This document shows positions 12,820 through 22,860 of a stretch of 64,000 nucleotides of DNA, one piece after another; position 1 is the stretch's first letter, and each line of letters opens with the position of its first letter. The translations under genes were made by a program, and so were the position numbers. The stretch lies in the IMG/VR virus record IMGVR_UViG_3300027566_000003; one strand, 5' to 3'. The notes beneath the pieces are model-generated. The model made no database searches, was not told where the DNA came from, and saw only the letters and a list, made by a program, of their open reading frames with translations. This DNA comes from a virus. Lineage: Duplodnaviria; Caudoviricetes.

Positions 12820-14820
12820 CTAATCTATTTCCCCTATCATCGTTAAAAATTCATTCTCTTGTAATACTTTAACTCCTGCGTCCAATGCTTTTTGAGTTTT
12901 TGAAGAACCTTTTAATTTTCCTACAACTAAAAAATCCAAAGATTTATTAAATCCATTTGCAAATTCTCCACCTAATCCCTCTACAATATTCTTTAATTCT
13001 TCCTTCTTATACGATTCGAACGTGCCTGTACAGTAACACTTTTTACCACTTAAAATACCGTCCACATCACTCACTTCCTTCTTTCCCTCACTCTTAAATG
13101 TAATGTATTCTAACAACCCTTCTACCAGTAAACGATGATCTTTATTATTGAAATAACTGTAAACACTATCAGATGTAATTGGACCAAAATCCTTTACTTT
13201 TAACAATTCTGTTTTTGTTGCATTCATAATATCATTTATATTATTATTGAAATGATTACATAAATTCTTTGAACCTCCTAACCCAATATCATCAATCCCC
13301 AGACTAAAAATAAATTGTTGCAATGTTGCAGTTTTACAATTTTCAATAGATTGAATTAGATTATTATATTTCTTGACTCCAAATTTAGGTAACTTGATTA
13401 TTTTCTCCCTTCTACTTTCAAGACTAAATAAATCCAAAACATTATCAATAATTCCATTTTTAATAAATAATTCTGCTGTCTTCTCACTAAATCCATCAAT
13501 ATTCATAGCTTGAAGACTACCAAAATGGTCTATTGATTTTACAATTTGTGCTTTACAGTTTAGTGAATTCATACAAAAATAATGTACCCCATCTTGAACT
13601 AATTCACTTCCACATGATTGACAATGTGTTGGCATTTTAATATCTGGCATATCATCTGTAACACTATCTTCCACAACACCTAAGACTTCAGGAATAACGT
13701 CATTTGAGCGTCTTATAAATATTGTTGCACCAATTTTAACCCCTTTGCGTTTAATATCATCCATACTGTTTAATGTTACATAATTTACAGTCGCTCCCAT
13801 CAATTCAACTGGTTCTACTAGACCTCTAGGAGTTACTTTTCCAGTTCTTCCTGTGTTGAATTCTGCATCCAATATTTCTGTTGTTGCCTCTTCTGACTCA
13901 TATTTATATGCAATTGCCCATCGAGGAAATTTTGTAGCAAATCCCATTAATTCTCTTGTTTGAATATCATTGATGCTTACTATTGCGCCATCTATTTCAT
14001 AATCTAAATTTGGTCTAAGTTTTTCAATTAATGCAATTTTCTCTTTAACTTCTTCAATAGTGTTGCAGAGATAATAATCTTGATCAACTGGCAATCTCAT
14101 ATCCTCAATGAATTTCATCATATCCATGTAAGTATTAAACTTTAATCCCTCGCTATAACCGATATCATAAAAGAAAGCATCTAAATTTTTATTAGCAGTT
14201 TCATTTGCATCTAAATTTTTGATTGCTCCAGATGCACCATTTCTTACATTTTTTAAAGGAATTTGAACAGCTTCATTATACTTATTAAATACACTTTTCT
14301 TCATATACGCTTCACCATGTACTTCTAATAAAATATCGCTGGGGATACTTAATGGAATTGATTTGATTGTTTTAACTTGTGCTGTAACTAATTCTCCTTT
14401 AATTCCACCAGTGCCTCTAGTTGCAGAAGACAATAGTATACCTTTGTATGTATTATTGATTGTGAGACCATCGAATTTTTTCTCTACAACATATTGAAGT
14501 TTTGGTAATTTATTTTGTTTTGCAAATTGTATATTTTTATTATGCCAAATATCAAGTTCTTCTATATTTTGTGCCTTATCCATCGAATATAATCTGGCTT
14601 TGTGTTCATGTTTCTCAAATTTATCTAATACAACGTCTCCAATTCTTTGTGTCGGACTGTCGGGAAGTATTACATTTAATTCTGCTTCTAAAGCTTCTAG
14701 TGACCGATATTTCGCGTCATACTCTTTGTCTGAGACACTTGGATTACTTAAAGTATAATATTCGTAAGAGTGCTTATTAAGTTCTTTTACAAGTTCTTTC
14801 ATTTGAATCATTTTATCCAT
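12820..14820 (-). CDS. ligA: NAD-dependent DNA ligase
   Basis: EKKFDG adenylation motif, YEIDGAIV, PRWAIAYK, C-x2-C zinc finger, HhH repeats and C-terminal BRCT. Confidence 0.97.
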   Translation of the reverse strand: MDKMIQMKELVKELNKHSYEYYTLSNPSVSDKEYDAKYRSLEALEAELNVILPDSPTQRIGDVVLDKFEKHEHKARLYSMDKAQNIEELDIWHNKNIQFAKQNKLPKLQYVVEKKFDGLTINNTYKGILLSSATRGTGGIKGELVTAQVKTIKSIPLSIPSDILLEVHGEAYMKKSVFNKYNEAVQIPLKNVRNGASGAIKNLDANETANKNLDAFFYDIGYSEGLKFNTYMDMMKFIEDMRLPVDQDYYLCNTIEEVKEKIALIEKLRPNLDYEIDGAIVSINDIQTRELMGFATKFPRWAIAYKYESEEATTEILDAEFNTGRTGKVTPRGLVEPVELMGATVNYVTLNSMDDIKRKGVKIGATIFIRRSNDVIPEVLGVVEDSVTDDMPDIKMPTHCQSCGSELVQDGVHYFCMNSLNCKAQIVKSIDHFGSLQAMNIDGFSEKTAELFIKNGIIDNVLDLFSLESRREKIIKLPKFGVKKYNNLIQSIENCKTATLQQFIFSLGIDDIGLGGSKNLCNHFNNNINDIMNATKTELLKVKDFGPITSDSVYSYFNNKDHRLLVEGLLEYITFKSEGKKEVSDVDGILSGKKCYCTGTFESYKKEELKNIVEGLGGEFANGFNKSLDFLVVGKLKGSSKTQKALDAGVKVLQENEFLTMIGEID

Positions 14821-14872
14821 TTACACATTCCTTCTTTCTTATATAAAAATTTAGACTTAATCCCTATGTTTA

Positions 14873-14901
14873 ATAATACATGAATTAAGTCACGATGTCA
14901 A
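14873..14901 (-). promoter_or_regulatory. sigmaA-type promoter upstream of ligA
   Basis: TTGACA-17 nt-TATTAT. Confidence 0.6.
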
Positions 14902-15017
14902 ATATTTTATTTTTGTCTTTATACCCTCTAAAATCACAATTTTAAGGGAATTTATGGTCTTGAAAAACGGAGCATTTAAGAGTATAAGTGAGTATGAGAG
15001 AGGTTAGTTTTTATGTA

Positions 15018-15692
15018 TTATTTAATTAATGAGTTATTTAAATATGTATTATCAATTTCAATCCCTAAAAATTGTCTACCCATATCTTTTGCTACTTTTG
15101 CCACCACACAGCTACCCATGAATGGGTCGAGTATCACTTCGTTTTCTTTAGTACAACTTTCTATAATTGGTCTAATTAATTCTTCTGGTTTTTGAGTTGG
15201 ATGAACTTTATTTTTACCTCTTGGCATCACTACGTCAAATACTGTTTTCTGACCAAATTTTTCAAGTTTTCTATACCCACCCTTTCTAAACATAAGAATA
15301 AACTCACATGATTTATAGAAATAAGATGAAGGTACTGCATTTGTTTTATTCATTACTAAAAGTTCACAAAATACAAAACCTGCTTTCTCACATTCATCCC
15401 AAATTACTCTCATATTTCTATCATTTGTCATAATAAATATGTAACTACTATTTTTCATAATGGGATATAAAAGAGGTATCCATTCACTAAATTCTGGCGT
15501 TTTATAATTAAAGCATTCTCCTGATGTCGTGAATGGATTCTCACCATCATTGTTTCTTAGAAGTGAATTCTTTCTACCTCCAGCCACTAATTTATATGGA
15601 GGATCTGTAAAAATCATATCAATACTTTCTGGAAGAATATTTTTCAATCCTTCAATTGCATCTATATTATGTACTTTATTTAATTCTAATAT
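15018..15692 (-). CDS. DNA N6A/N4C methyltransferase
   Basis: DMIFTDPPY, HPTQKP, ILDPFMGS; N-terminus extends in frame to ATA-TTA-GAA-TTA-AAT-AAA (xLELNK) behind a GAGGT RBS. Confidence 0.88.
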   Translation of the reverse strand: MLELNKVHNIDAIEGLKNILPESIDMIFTDPPYKLVAGGRKNSLLRNNDGENPFTTSGECFNYKTPEFSEWIPLLYPIMKNSSYIFIMTNDRNMRVIWDECEKAGFVFCELLVMNKTNAVPSSYFYKSCEFILMFRKGGYRKLEKFGQKTVFDVVMPRGKNKVHPTQKPEELIRPIIESCTKENEVILDPFMGSCVVAKVAKDMGRQFLGIEIDNTYLNNSLIK

Positions 15693-15756
15693 CTTAATTA
15701 CCTCTTTCTTATTTATTATTTTATTTTTATTTACAAATTAGCATGAAACTTCTCAT

Positions 15757-16002
15757 TTATTTGCTCATATCGACTGGCACAAATCTATATTCCTGTTTAT
15801 ATAAACCCTTTGTAACATCATCCAATTCTTCCACGAACATAGCAAATGGTCTAACATAACACTCATAATCACTATATAAAGCATGGTATACAACCATTAA
15901 TTCATTTGTTTCTGTATGCTCTGCTAAATCCATAACATAATAATAATTTCCTTTATAATGTCTATAAACTTTATTTGTCTCAAATTCTTCAATGTTTATT
16001 AT
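15757..16002 (-). CDS. DUF1653-like small protein (no ATG start)
   Basis: Manual translation: VYRHYKGNYYYVMDLAEHTETNELMVVYHALY...VRPFAMF. Confidence 0.75.
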   Translation of the reverse strand: MINIEEFETNKVYRHYKGNYYYVMDLAEHTETNELMVVYHALYSDYECYVRPFAMFVEELDDVTKGLYKQEYRFVPVDMSK

Positions 16003-16326
16003 TTATTCATCAATCCCTTTTACATTATAATCACCGTATTCCATATCTTCATCCTTTAAAAGTTTCTCTACAACTGGATACCCTAACTCCTTCAATAACC
16101 TAATCCAATCTTCATTTGAGACTCTATGCCCTTCACGTACAAAATCTTCACCTAAATTTACTTGTAATACCTCCCAATCTCCTGATTCACAAGTTATTAA
16201 TTCAATTAATGGTTTAATCATCTTATATCTCTCCTCCATACTTACCAAACTCCAACTAATAGGTGATGGGCAACTACCCATAAGTTCTTTTAGTTGTTTT
16301 TTCTTTTCAGGTGTAAGACCAGACAT
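16003..16326 (-). CDS. hypothetical protein
   Basis: ORF with GGAGG RBS. Confidence 0.6.
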   Translation of the reverse strand: MSGLTPEKKKQLKELMGSCPSPISWSLVSMEERYKMIKPLIELITCESGDWEVLQVNLGEDFVREGHRVSNEDWIRLLKELGYPVVEKLLKDEDMEYGDYNVKGIDE

Positions 16327-16405
16327 AAACCCTCCTTTCTAAATAGCTCAAAATCCTGATTTCATAGGAAATATGTATTTCTAAAAGTGGCTTATAGCAA
16401 TGGTT

Positions 16406-17185
16406 TCAGGCTATGCTCTCTAATCTAATTTTAGTTAATTCGCAATATTTTTCTTCTAATTCAATTCCTATACTTTTTCTATGTAAATTCCTGGCTGAAA
16501 CAGATGTACTTCCACTCCCGCAAAAAGGATCTAATATTATATCATTTATATTACTACTAATTTCTATAAACCAATTTAAACACTCAATATTTTTCTCTGT
16601 AGGATGAATTAAATCTTCATTTTGATTTGAAACATTTACTGTAGATTTTGGATATGTATTATAATTTGTATCAAACCAAACATTAGGTAATCTTGTTCTG
16701 TATTCACTTGCTCCCTTTCTACCATCTGTCTTAGCTAGTTGTGTTTTATTAAACTTTCTTCTGCCTTTGTTAGCATATATTATGTATTCACAATCATTTG
16801 CGTATTGAGCTTGTAAATCACCGTTCCCTCCCTTCTGTCCTTTTTGAAGAACTAAAAGGTTTTTTACTTTAAATCCACTTTTCACCAAACACTGATACAT
16901 TAATGGGTATACGTCATATCTTGTAAAACAATAGAACGCTGAATTATCTTTTAGTGTTTTATAGCATTGATCTGAAAAATTTTGAAACCAATCAAGGTTG
17001 TCATCATTTTTTATTTTATCTAATTTATTGCCATTTCTTCCCCAATTACTTTGATATTCTATTCCATACGGAGGGTCAGTTAATATCATATCTACTTGAA
17101 TACTTTTTTCTATCATATTATTTAAAACTTCACTACAATCACCATGAATAAGTTTCGCATATTCATCTTTATAATATAATTTCAA
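16406..17185 (-). CDS. DNA N6A/N4C methyltransferase
   Basis: DMILTDPPYG, HPTEKN, ILDPFCGSGST, SIGIELE. Confidence 0.9.
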   Translation of the reverse strand: MKLYYKDEYAKLIHGDCSEVLNNMIEKSIQVDMILTDPPYGIEYQSNWGRNGNKLDKIKNDDNLDWFQNFSDQCYKTLKDNSAFYCFTRYDVYPLMYQCLVKSGFKVKNLLVLQKGQKGGNGDLQAQYANDCEYIIYANKGRRKFNKTQLAKTDGRKGASEYRTRLPNVWFDTNYNTYPKSTVNVSNQNEDLIHPTEKNIECLNWFIEISSNINDIILDPFCGSGSTSVSARNLHRKSIGIELEEKYCELTKIRLESIA

Positions 17186-17240
17186 ATATTTTATTCCTCC
17201 TAATGATTATTTTTGTCTATTTAAGTATAGAATACATTTT

Positions 17241-17579
17241 TTATAGCAACTGCAATCTCTTCACAAATTTCTGTGCGTCGCTTTTTAACATAGGTGGCAA
17301 TCCTACCACCGTAAGACTTCCATAAGGAATTTCGGTTAACCCATTATCTCTTATAAAATAAAATCCTTGCCCAATTAATTTTTCCAAATCTTTTTGTTTT
17401 CCTCGTAAAATAATTTTCTTTTGATCTGATTCATACCATTGCCAAAACAAATCCCATCGTTTGTTGTTTTTGCCTATCGCAATCATTGTTGCAACATGAC
17501 CAACTTGTGCAGCAATCTTGCCACAACTCATGTTTAATTCAGAATTCACAACAAAATATTCTACTAGTTCATCGTCCAT
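17241..17579 (-). CDS. pth2: peptidyl-tRNA hydrolase, Pth2 family (copy 1)
   Basis: MSCGKIAAQVGH, QKKIIL, IRDNGLTEI, LTVVGLPP motifs. Confidence 0.88.
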   Translation of the reverse strand: MDDELVEYFVVNSELNMSCGKIAAQVGHVATMIAIGKNNKRWDLFWQWYESDQKKIILRGKQKDLEKLIGQGFYFIRDNGLTEIPYGSLTVVGLPPMLKSDAQKFVKRLQLL

Positions 17580-18277
17580 TTTTAAACCTCCTTATTCTGA
17601 TTCTTATAATGATACATAATTATCTTATCCAATGCACATTGATACTCTCTCAACTCATTTTCTACTTGCACAATCTTGTCAGACAGTAAGCAATCAGGCT
17701 CTTCACCATGAACAAATGTGTTTAATAATTCACAAAATCCACAATTATCTGATATGTATTTTAGTTTACATGCTTCTTTGATGCATTTCATATTAATCAC
17801 CCTTTCTTATTTTTCTTAATAATCCTTCTAATCCACTCACAAGGTTTTTCACAAATATTATTTTCAACACAAAAATAACAACATCTTTTATCTTCATATT
17901 TCCAACAAATAATTCTGCACTTATTATCTTTTGTCGTTAGATTACATGTGTTTCCCATCATCCTTTCCATCTCCTTATTTATTAAATTTTATTTATGTAT
18001 TAGATTTAGATATTACTCCACAATAAATTGGCTATCGCATCGATAACAAATCCAATAAGGGATTTCTACTTTTAAATCTCTATTATGAATAATTGATCCA
18101 CAAAATGGACATTTATTATTAATCCATAAAAAATCTTGTTCTTCAGAATTTAGTTCTTCTATTTTAACTAATTTGCTCATTTTTTATTGCGTCTCCTTTC
18201 TATCTTTATTAGTGTATAATTATGACTACATTGGGCATTATAACTTTGTCAACAAAAATGCTCTCGTCTTACATCCA

Positions 18278-18310
18278 ACCTTGCCTTACTTTTGGGTAAG
18301 GTCTTTTTAT
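18278..18310 (+). terminator. hairpin with U-tract in the leader of the plus-strand peptide gene
   Basis: ACCTTGCC...GGGTAAGGT followed by CTTTTTAT. Confidence 0.5.
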
Positions 18311-18330
18311 TATATTAAGGAGTGATTGAA

Positions 18331-18423
18331 ATGAGATTTAAAAGAATTGTAATTACAATTTTAGGGATTGTGGTAATAATTACTCCATTTGTAAGTATGT
18401 TAATTTATCACTATTTGAGATGA
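18331..18423 (+). CDS. 30-aa hydrophobic peptide MRFKRIVITILGIVVIITPFVSMLIYHYLR
   Basis: AAGGAG RBS upstream of the ATG; a single TM-like helix; the only convincing plus-strand ORF found. Confidence 0.6.
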   Translation: MRFKRIVITILGIVVIITPFVSMLIYHYLR

Positions 18424-18438
18424 ATTTTACCCTTAAAT

Positions 18439-18863
18439 TTAACGTAAACCAAATACTAGGACTATCTGATTTAAAAGTTTAAATAACAACCATACACCCA
18501 CACCAAACAGCAATAAAGACACAAAACGTGAAATAATTTTATCTAATGTATTAATAATTATATTTAATTTTACATATGGTAATAACTCTTTTGACATATT
18601 GTTGATTAGTTGTTTCATATTAATCACTCCTTTCGCATTTTAAATAATTGATCTTTTAAATTATCAATAGTATCAAATAAATCTCTAACCATATCATTAG
18701 CTCCACCAATAAGATTAAATAACCCATATTTATTGCATACATCAATTAAACCACAACATGGATTTTTAAGTGTACATTTCATACAATTATTGTTATCTTC
18801 CTCATCTATTGGGCCAAGAATTAGAACTTCTAGTTTTATTAATTCTTCATTACTTAATATCAT
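18439..18863 (-). other. two short hypothetical genes (one with a hydrophobic C-terminus)
   Basis: ORF track 18439-18627, 18624-18863. Confidence 0.55.
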
Positions 18864-19313
18864 TTATTTGCTCAATCCTTTCTTTGCAATTTCACTCGCC
18901 ATCTTTCCATTGTACTTTCCACCATGCAATAATTTTAGCATACCCATAACCTCTCTCATTAGTTTTGGAGATTTATCTTGTATCGAAGTCAATCCTTTAA
19001 TTATACCTCTGATAACATGACCAAGTTCATCTTCACTCATTTTCTTAGGTAAATACTTACTTAAAACTTTAATTTCTGAAACAATATTACAAGTATCTTT
19101 ATTATTTTTCAAAAGAATTGTTTGAATCTCATTTGCATTCTTAACAAACTTCTCAACGACTTGTAATACTTCTGCATCTGTAGATTCTCTGTTTCCGGCA
19201 TTCTTTCCTACCATAGAAGCTTCAGAATATAGGGTTGTTAATAATGTTGCGGTATCAGTTTTTCGAGCCTTACGTGCCTCAAGAGAGTCTGATTTAATTT
19301 GTTCTAATAACAT
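18864..19313 (-). CDS. GatB/YqeY domain protein
   Basis: EQIKSDSLEARKARK...TDAEVLQVVEK...EIKVLSKYLPKKMSEDEL pattern. Confidence 0.8.
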   Translation of the reverse strand: MLLEQIKSDSLEARKARKTDTATLLTTLYSEASMVGKNAGNRESTDAEVLQVVEKFVKNANEIQTILLKNNKDTCNIVSEIKVLSKYLPKKMSEDELGHVIRGIIKGLTSIQDKSPKLMREVMGMLKLLHGGKYNGKMASEIAKKGLSK

Positions 19314-19582
19314 TTTTATTTTACCTCTTTCTATGATTGATTTGGACAATACCATACTCTCAATTCCAGTGAATTACAAAATGGGTTATCACAGTTTTCA
19401 CATGGCATCCAATTAGTTTCGCTTTTCAATTGACTCTCAGCAAAACCATAATAAATTTGAAATTTTTCTTCACTACATTCAATCTCTTTATCTTTCATGA
19501 ATTCTATAATCTCAATAGATAATTGCTTATTTTTTAACTTTTAGAAATCACCTCCTTCCATATAAAATTCCTATTATTTTTA

Positions 19583-20602
19583 TCACCTCAATATATTAAA
19601 TATCTCAGTACGATTCTCTAAAATAAAATCAATCACATCTTGACATTCCAATTCATGTGGATAATGGTTTTTAACATAATCGCTTAATTCTTTTGCAATG
19701 TCTTTGCCATGAACCACTTCATATTCATCTGGACGAATAATTATATTTCCCATATCTTTGACAAAAACAATTGCAGATTTATCTTTAGTATTAAATGTTT
19801 CGACATCGAATACTTGACCAATATATTTTTTAATATTTGTGATATTACTATTATAATTAGGATTGTTTTTAGTAATTTTTATTCTCATTATAGTTCTCTC
19901 CTTTATTCTGTGACTTCTGGTTTATAATATTCAAACTGATAAATTATTGTATCATTCTCTTCTTCATTTAATTCACTTTCATCTTCCATTCCATCTCTAC
20001 AATAATAATCTCTATATGGATTTTCGTTACATTCCCACTCGCCAGTCGTTTTCCAATGATCAAATAATTTTTGATGTAAGCTATGATCTAAATCAAAGGA
20101 AGAGGTAAAATTTGGGTCACTCATAAAATTAGTAGGAACTATAGCAAAAGTTTTTATGAATTCTATCCAACAATTATCACATATTTCTGATTTACAGTTA
20201 CCATATTCTCCTAAAGGAGTATTTGAGGATTGAATTCTATCATCATATATTTCAAATGGGAGACCACATTTATTACACACCTTACCTACAGGAATTTGTT
20301 TAATTTCTGTTACCTCAACTGGTTTAGTGATAATCATAAGTCCTTCACTCTTCTTTCTAGATATTTATTTTATACTTTAAGAAGACACGTAGTTAATAAT
20401 AAATACTTGAATCCCAATACTCACAAATTAAACAATCACCTTGTCTGGAAATTCTAAAATTACCTTTGTTTAATTTCTTCTTTTCAATCATTTCTCTTTC
20501 TAAGGCTGTAGTTTTCTTAATTCTTTTTTTTTCATTAAAAAATCTTAAACCAATATAGACATTATAGTCATTTTTCACAGGAAAATCTAAAGGACTAATC
20601 AT
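19583..20602 (-). other. three hypothetical genes
   Basis: ORF track 19583-19888, 19903-20337 (CxxC), 20393-20602. Confidence 0.6.
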
Positions 20603-20660
20603 CTTGATCCCTTCCCCTCTTCATATTTTTATTTTTGTCTTTATATTTTATTCTATGTAA

Positions 20661-21209
20661 TTATTTTAGTATTGTTACAGTAGCGGTTGTAACTCCAAAT
20701 ATATTTGCCATTTTAGTAGACTTTCTGAAATCACCAATAAACAAATCGATGTGGTTATTTTTTATTAAACCACCTTGATCCAATGCATAATACACATTAT
20801 TATACTTTGTATATTTAGGATCATTAAAAACAATTTTTACTTTGCTGCCAGTTGGGATAATTTTAGGATCTGTTGAAATTACTCTTGCTGAAGATAATGT
20901 ATGCCCTTTTAAATCAAATCCAGAACTAGTGATACCATACTGTGAATTATTTCTTGATTTCTGACAAGATTGGTAAGACAAGTCATACGCCGACACTATG
21001 ACTTCAATTGATGGAATTGGTTTCTTTGTAGTATAATGTTGCGTTTTATGGATTTCATTAATTGGAAAATTTGTTTTAAACTTATATTTCTCTGTTTTAA
21101 TATTGTTTTCAATAATATTATGATTACCTGCTTGACTAACAACTAAAGTAGTGAAGATACACACAAAGATTCCGAATCTTCGTGCTGTGATTAGTTTAGT
21201 TTTCTTCAA
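20661..21209 (-). CDS. secreted/membrane-anchored 3D-domain cell-wall protein
   Basis: N-terminal hydrophobic segment; SAY, STDPKIIPTGS, ALDQGGLIKNNHIDLF (three Asp). Confidence 0.85.
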   Translation of the reverse strand: MKKTKLITARRFGIFVCIFTTLVVSQAGNHNIIENNIKTEKYKFKTNFPINEIHKTQHYTTKKPIPSIEVIVSAYDLSYQSCQKSRNNSQYGITSSGFDLKGHTLSSARVISTDPKIIPTGSKVKIVFNDPKYTKYNNVYYALDQGGLIKNNHIDLFIGDFRKSTKMANIFGVTTATVTILK

Positions 21210-21861
21210 TTTTAGTTTCCTCTTTCGTATGTATTTTATTTTTGTTTGATTAGTTGAAATATAAGAGAGAAGGGGCTATTGCCCCATATATTCAATTTTT
21301 CTTTTAATATAATCATCCATCGTCATTCCTCCTTTTATTATTTCATATTTAAATGGACATTTTTTTATCCCCATCTTATGCTCTTTAATCATTACTTCCA
21401 TAATATCAATTTTTTCTATATGGAATTGTATACCAAATTTTATTTTAATTCCCTTATCTCGGAGAACATGCAAACATGTGATTGCATCTAATTCGCTAGA
21501 GTATGTATAAAATCCATTTATAAGCTGTTCTGAAGAAGAATATATATCTTGCTTAGTGATTTCGTCAAATGTAATAGAATTTATCCCCACATAATTCCCC
21601 TTACTGTCCTTAAGCGCATACTCTTCTATTTTCCTCATTACATCTTCTCCTCTTATTTTTATAGTGAAACCAAAACACTTGTTCCTTTCTACACATTGTT
21701 TTAGAACTGTAGTTCGTTCTATGTGTACATACATTATCCCACCTTTCATACTTAATATCAACTTTTTCTTTCCCCTTTATTAGTCAGTCTTTCGACAAAA
21801 TATTACTTTTTAACTAATTTTATTTTTTACCTTATGACAATTTTAAATTTTGGTTAGGGAA

Positions 21862-21891
21862 TCTAACCCCAAATATTACTTTGGGGTTAGA
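21862..21891. repeat. perfect 12-bp inverted repeat with 6-bp spacer overlapping the stop codon of the recombinase-fold gene
   Basis: TCTAACCCCAAA-TATTAC-TTTGGGGTTAGA. Confidence 0.85.
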
Positions 21892-22859
21892 CTACTTTTG
21901 TAACTGTCATACATTTCCTTTAAAGAGTTGCCATTTCTTTCATCCAATTCTAAATTCCTGTATAGTTGTTTAAAGTGATCCGGCTTCAATTCCCCTAATT
22001 CTTTCTCCATTGATAAGCATTTATCTAATAAACCACTTTTAAATATAAGAGTTGGTGTTAAGAACTTTACATTTAAATAACTTCTAAAATTTCTAAATCT
22101 TGAACTAATATTTCCTGGAGTCATTCTATCATCATCGCTAAAGAATACGTCCATAGACCTAATAATAAAGGGGGTATCCTTTAGTGGTAAAATAGAAAAT
22201 GTGTCTGTTGCATCACCATTTGATTTATGATAATATTCTTCCTTAGATGCTGCTATTAGGATATCCATAGTTCTTTGATCCACTTGAACTTTTCTTGGTG
22301 AAGGATTTTTAATTAAGTCATCGGGGTCTTTAATAACATTCACTATATTAAATTCTGGAATAAGATCAGTCTTTTTGAGATTTCTTATTTCTTCATAGGA
22401 AAATCCCTCTTTAGTTCTGCCTCTTATTCCTTCGTATAGTAATGCTATTAATGCTTTGTCAACGTAGTTGTGGAGTCTGTTGCAGTAGTCATACATTTGA
22501 TCTCTTGAAATAAATGAATTTTTTTGAGCAACTTTATGGATGTATTTTTTTAAGTCTTCCTTGTTGACTAGTTTCAAAACATTCATTGAAGAATAGTGTT
22601 TATCCAAACAGCACCAGTCTAAATATTGCATAATAATTGCATAAGCTACACCCATTGATCTAAGAGATTTCTTTTTCATTCCAATTAATAAGTCTTTAAT
22701 TTCTTCGTAACTAAAACTACACAAATCTTTATCTAGTTCATACTCAAATCTTCCTACGCTTCTTAAAATAGAAGTGTTTGTTGATCTGGTTGATTCATTT
22801 GGATATTTCTCATTTAAGAAGCAATTTTTACGATCTTCATTAAATAATTTATGATCCAT
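21876..22859 (-). CDS. tyrosine-recombinase-fold protein, probably a repressor similar to SPbeta YopR/MrpR (SroF)
   Basis: SAM-like N-terminus, LLYEGIRG box I Arg, TPTLIFKSG where HxxR is expected; 327 aa from the RBS-supported ATG; follows a YopQ-like gene. Confidence 0.65.
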   Translation of the reverse strand: MDHKLFNEDRKNCFLNEKYPNESTRSTNTSILRSVGRFEYELDKDLCSFSYEEIKDLLIGMKKKSLRSMGVAYAIIMQYLDWCCLDKHYSSMNVLKLVNKEDLKKYIHKVAQKNSFISRDQMYDYCNRLHNYVDKALIALLYEGIRGRTKEGFSYEEIRNLKKTDLIPEFNIVNVIKDPDDLIKNPSPRKVQVDQRTMDILIAASKEEYYHKSNGDATDTFSILPLKDTPFIIRSMDVFFSDDDRMTPGNISSRFRNFRSYLNVKFLTPTLIFKSGLLDKCLSMEKELGELKPDHFKQLYRNLELDERNGNSLKEMYDSYKSSLTPK

Positions 22860-22860
22860 T

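Noticed and set aside
21876-22859. Active phage integrase with attP
   Set aside because: The HxxR motif is replaced by TLIFKSG; context fits a repressor better, and no host-phage junction is visible
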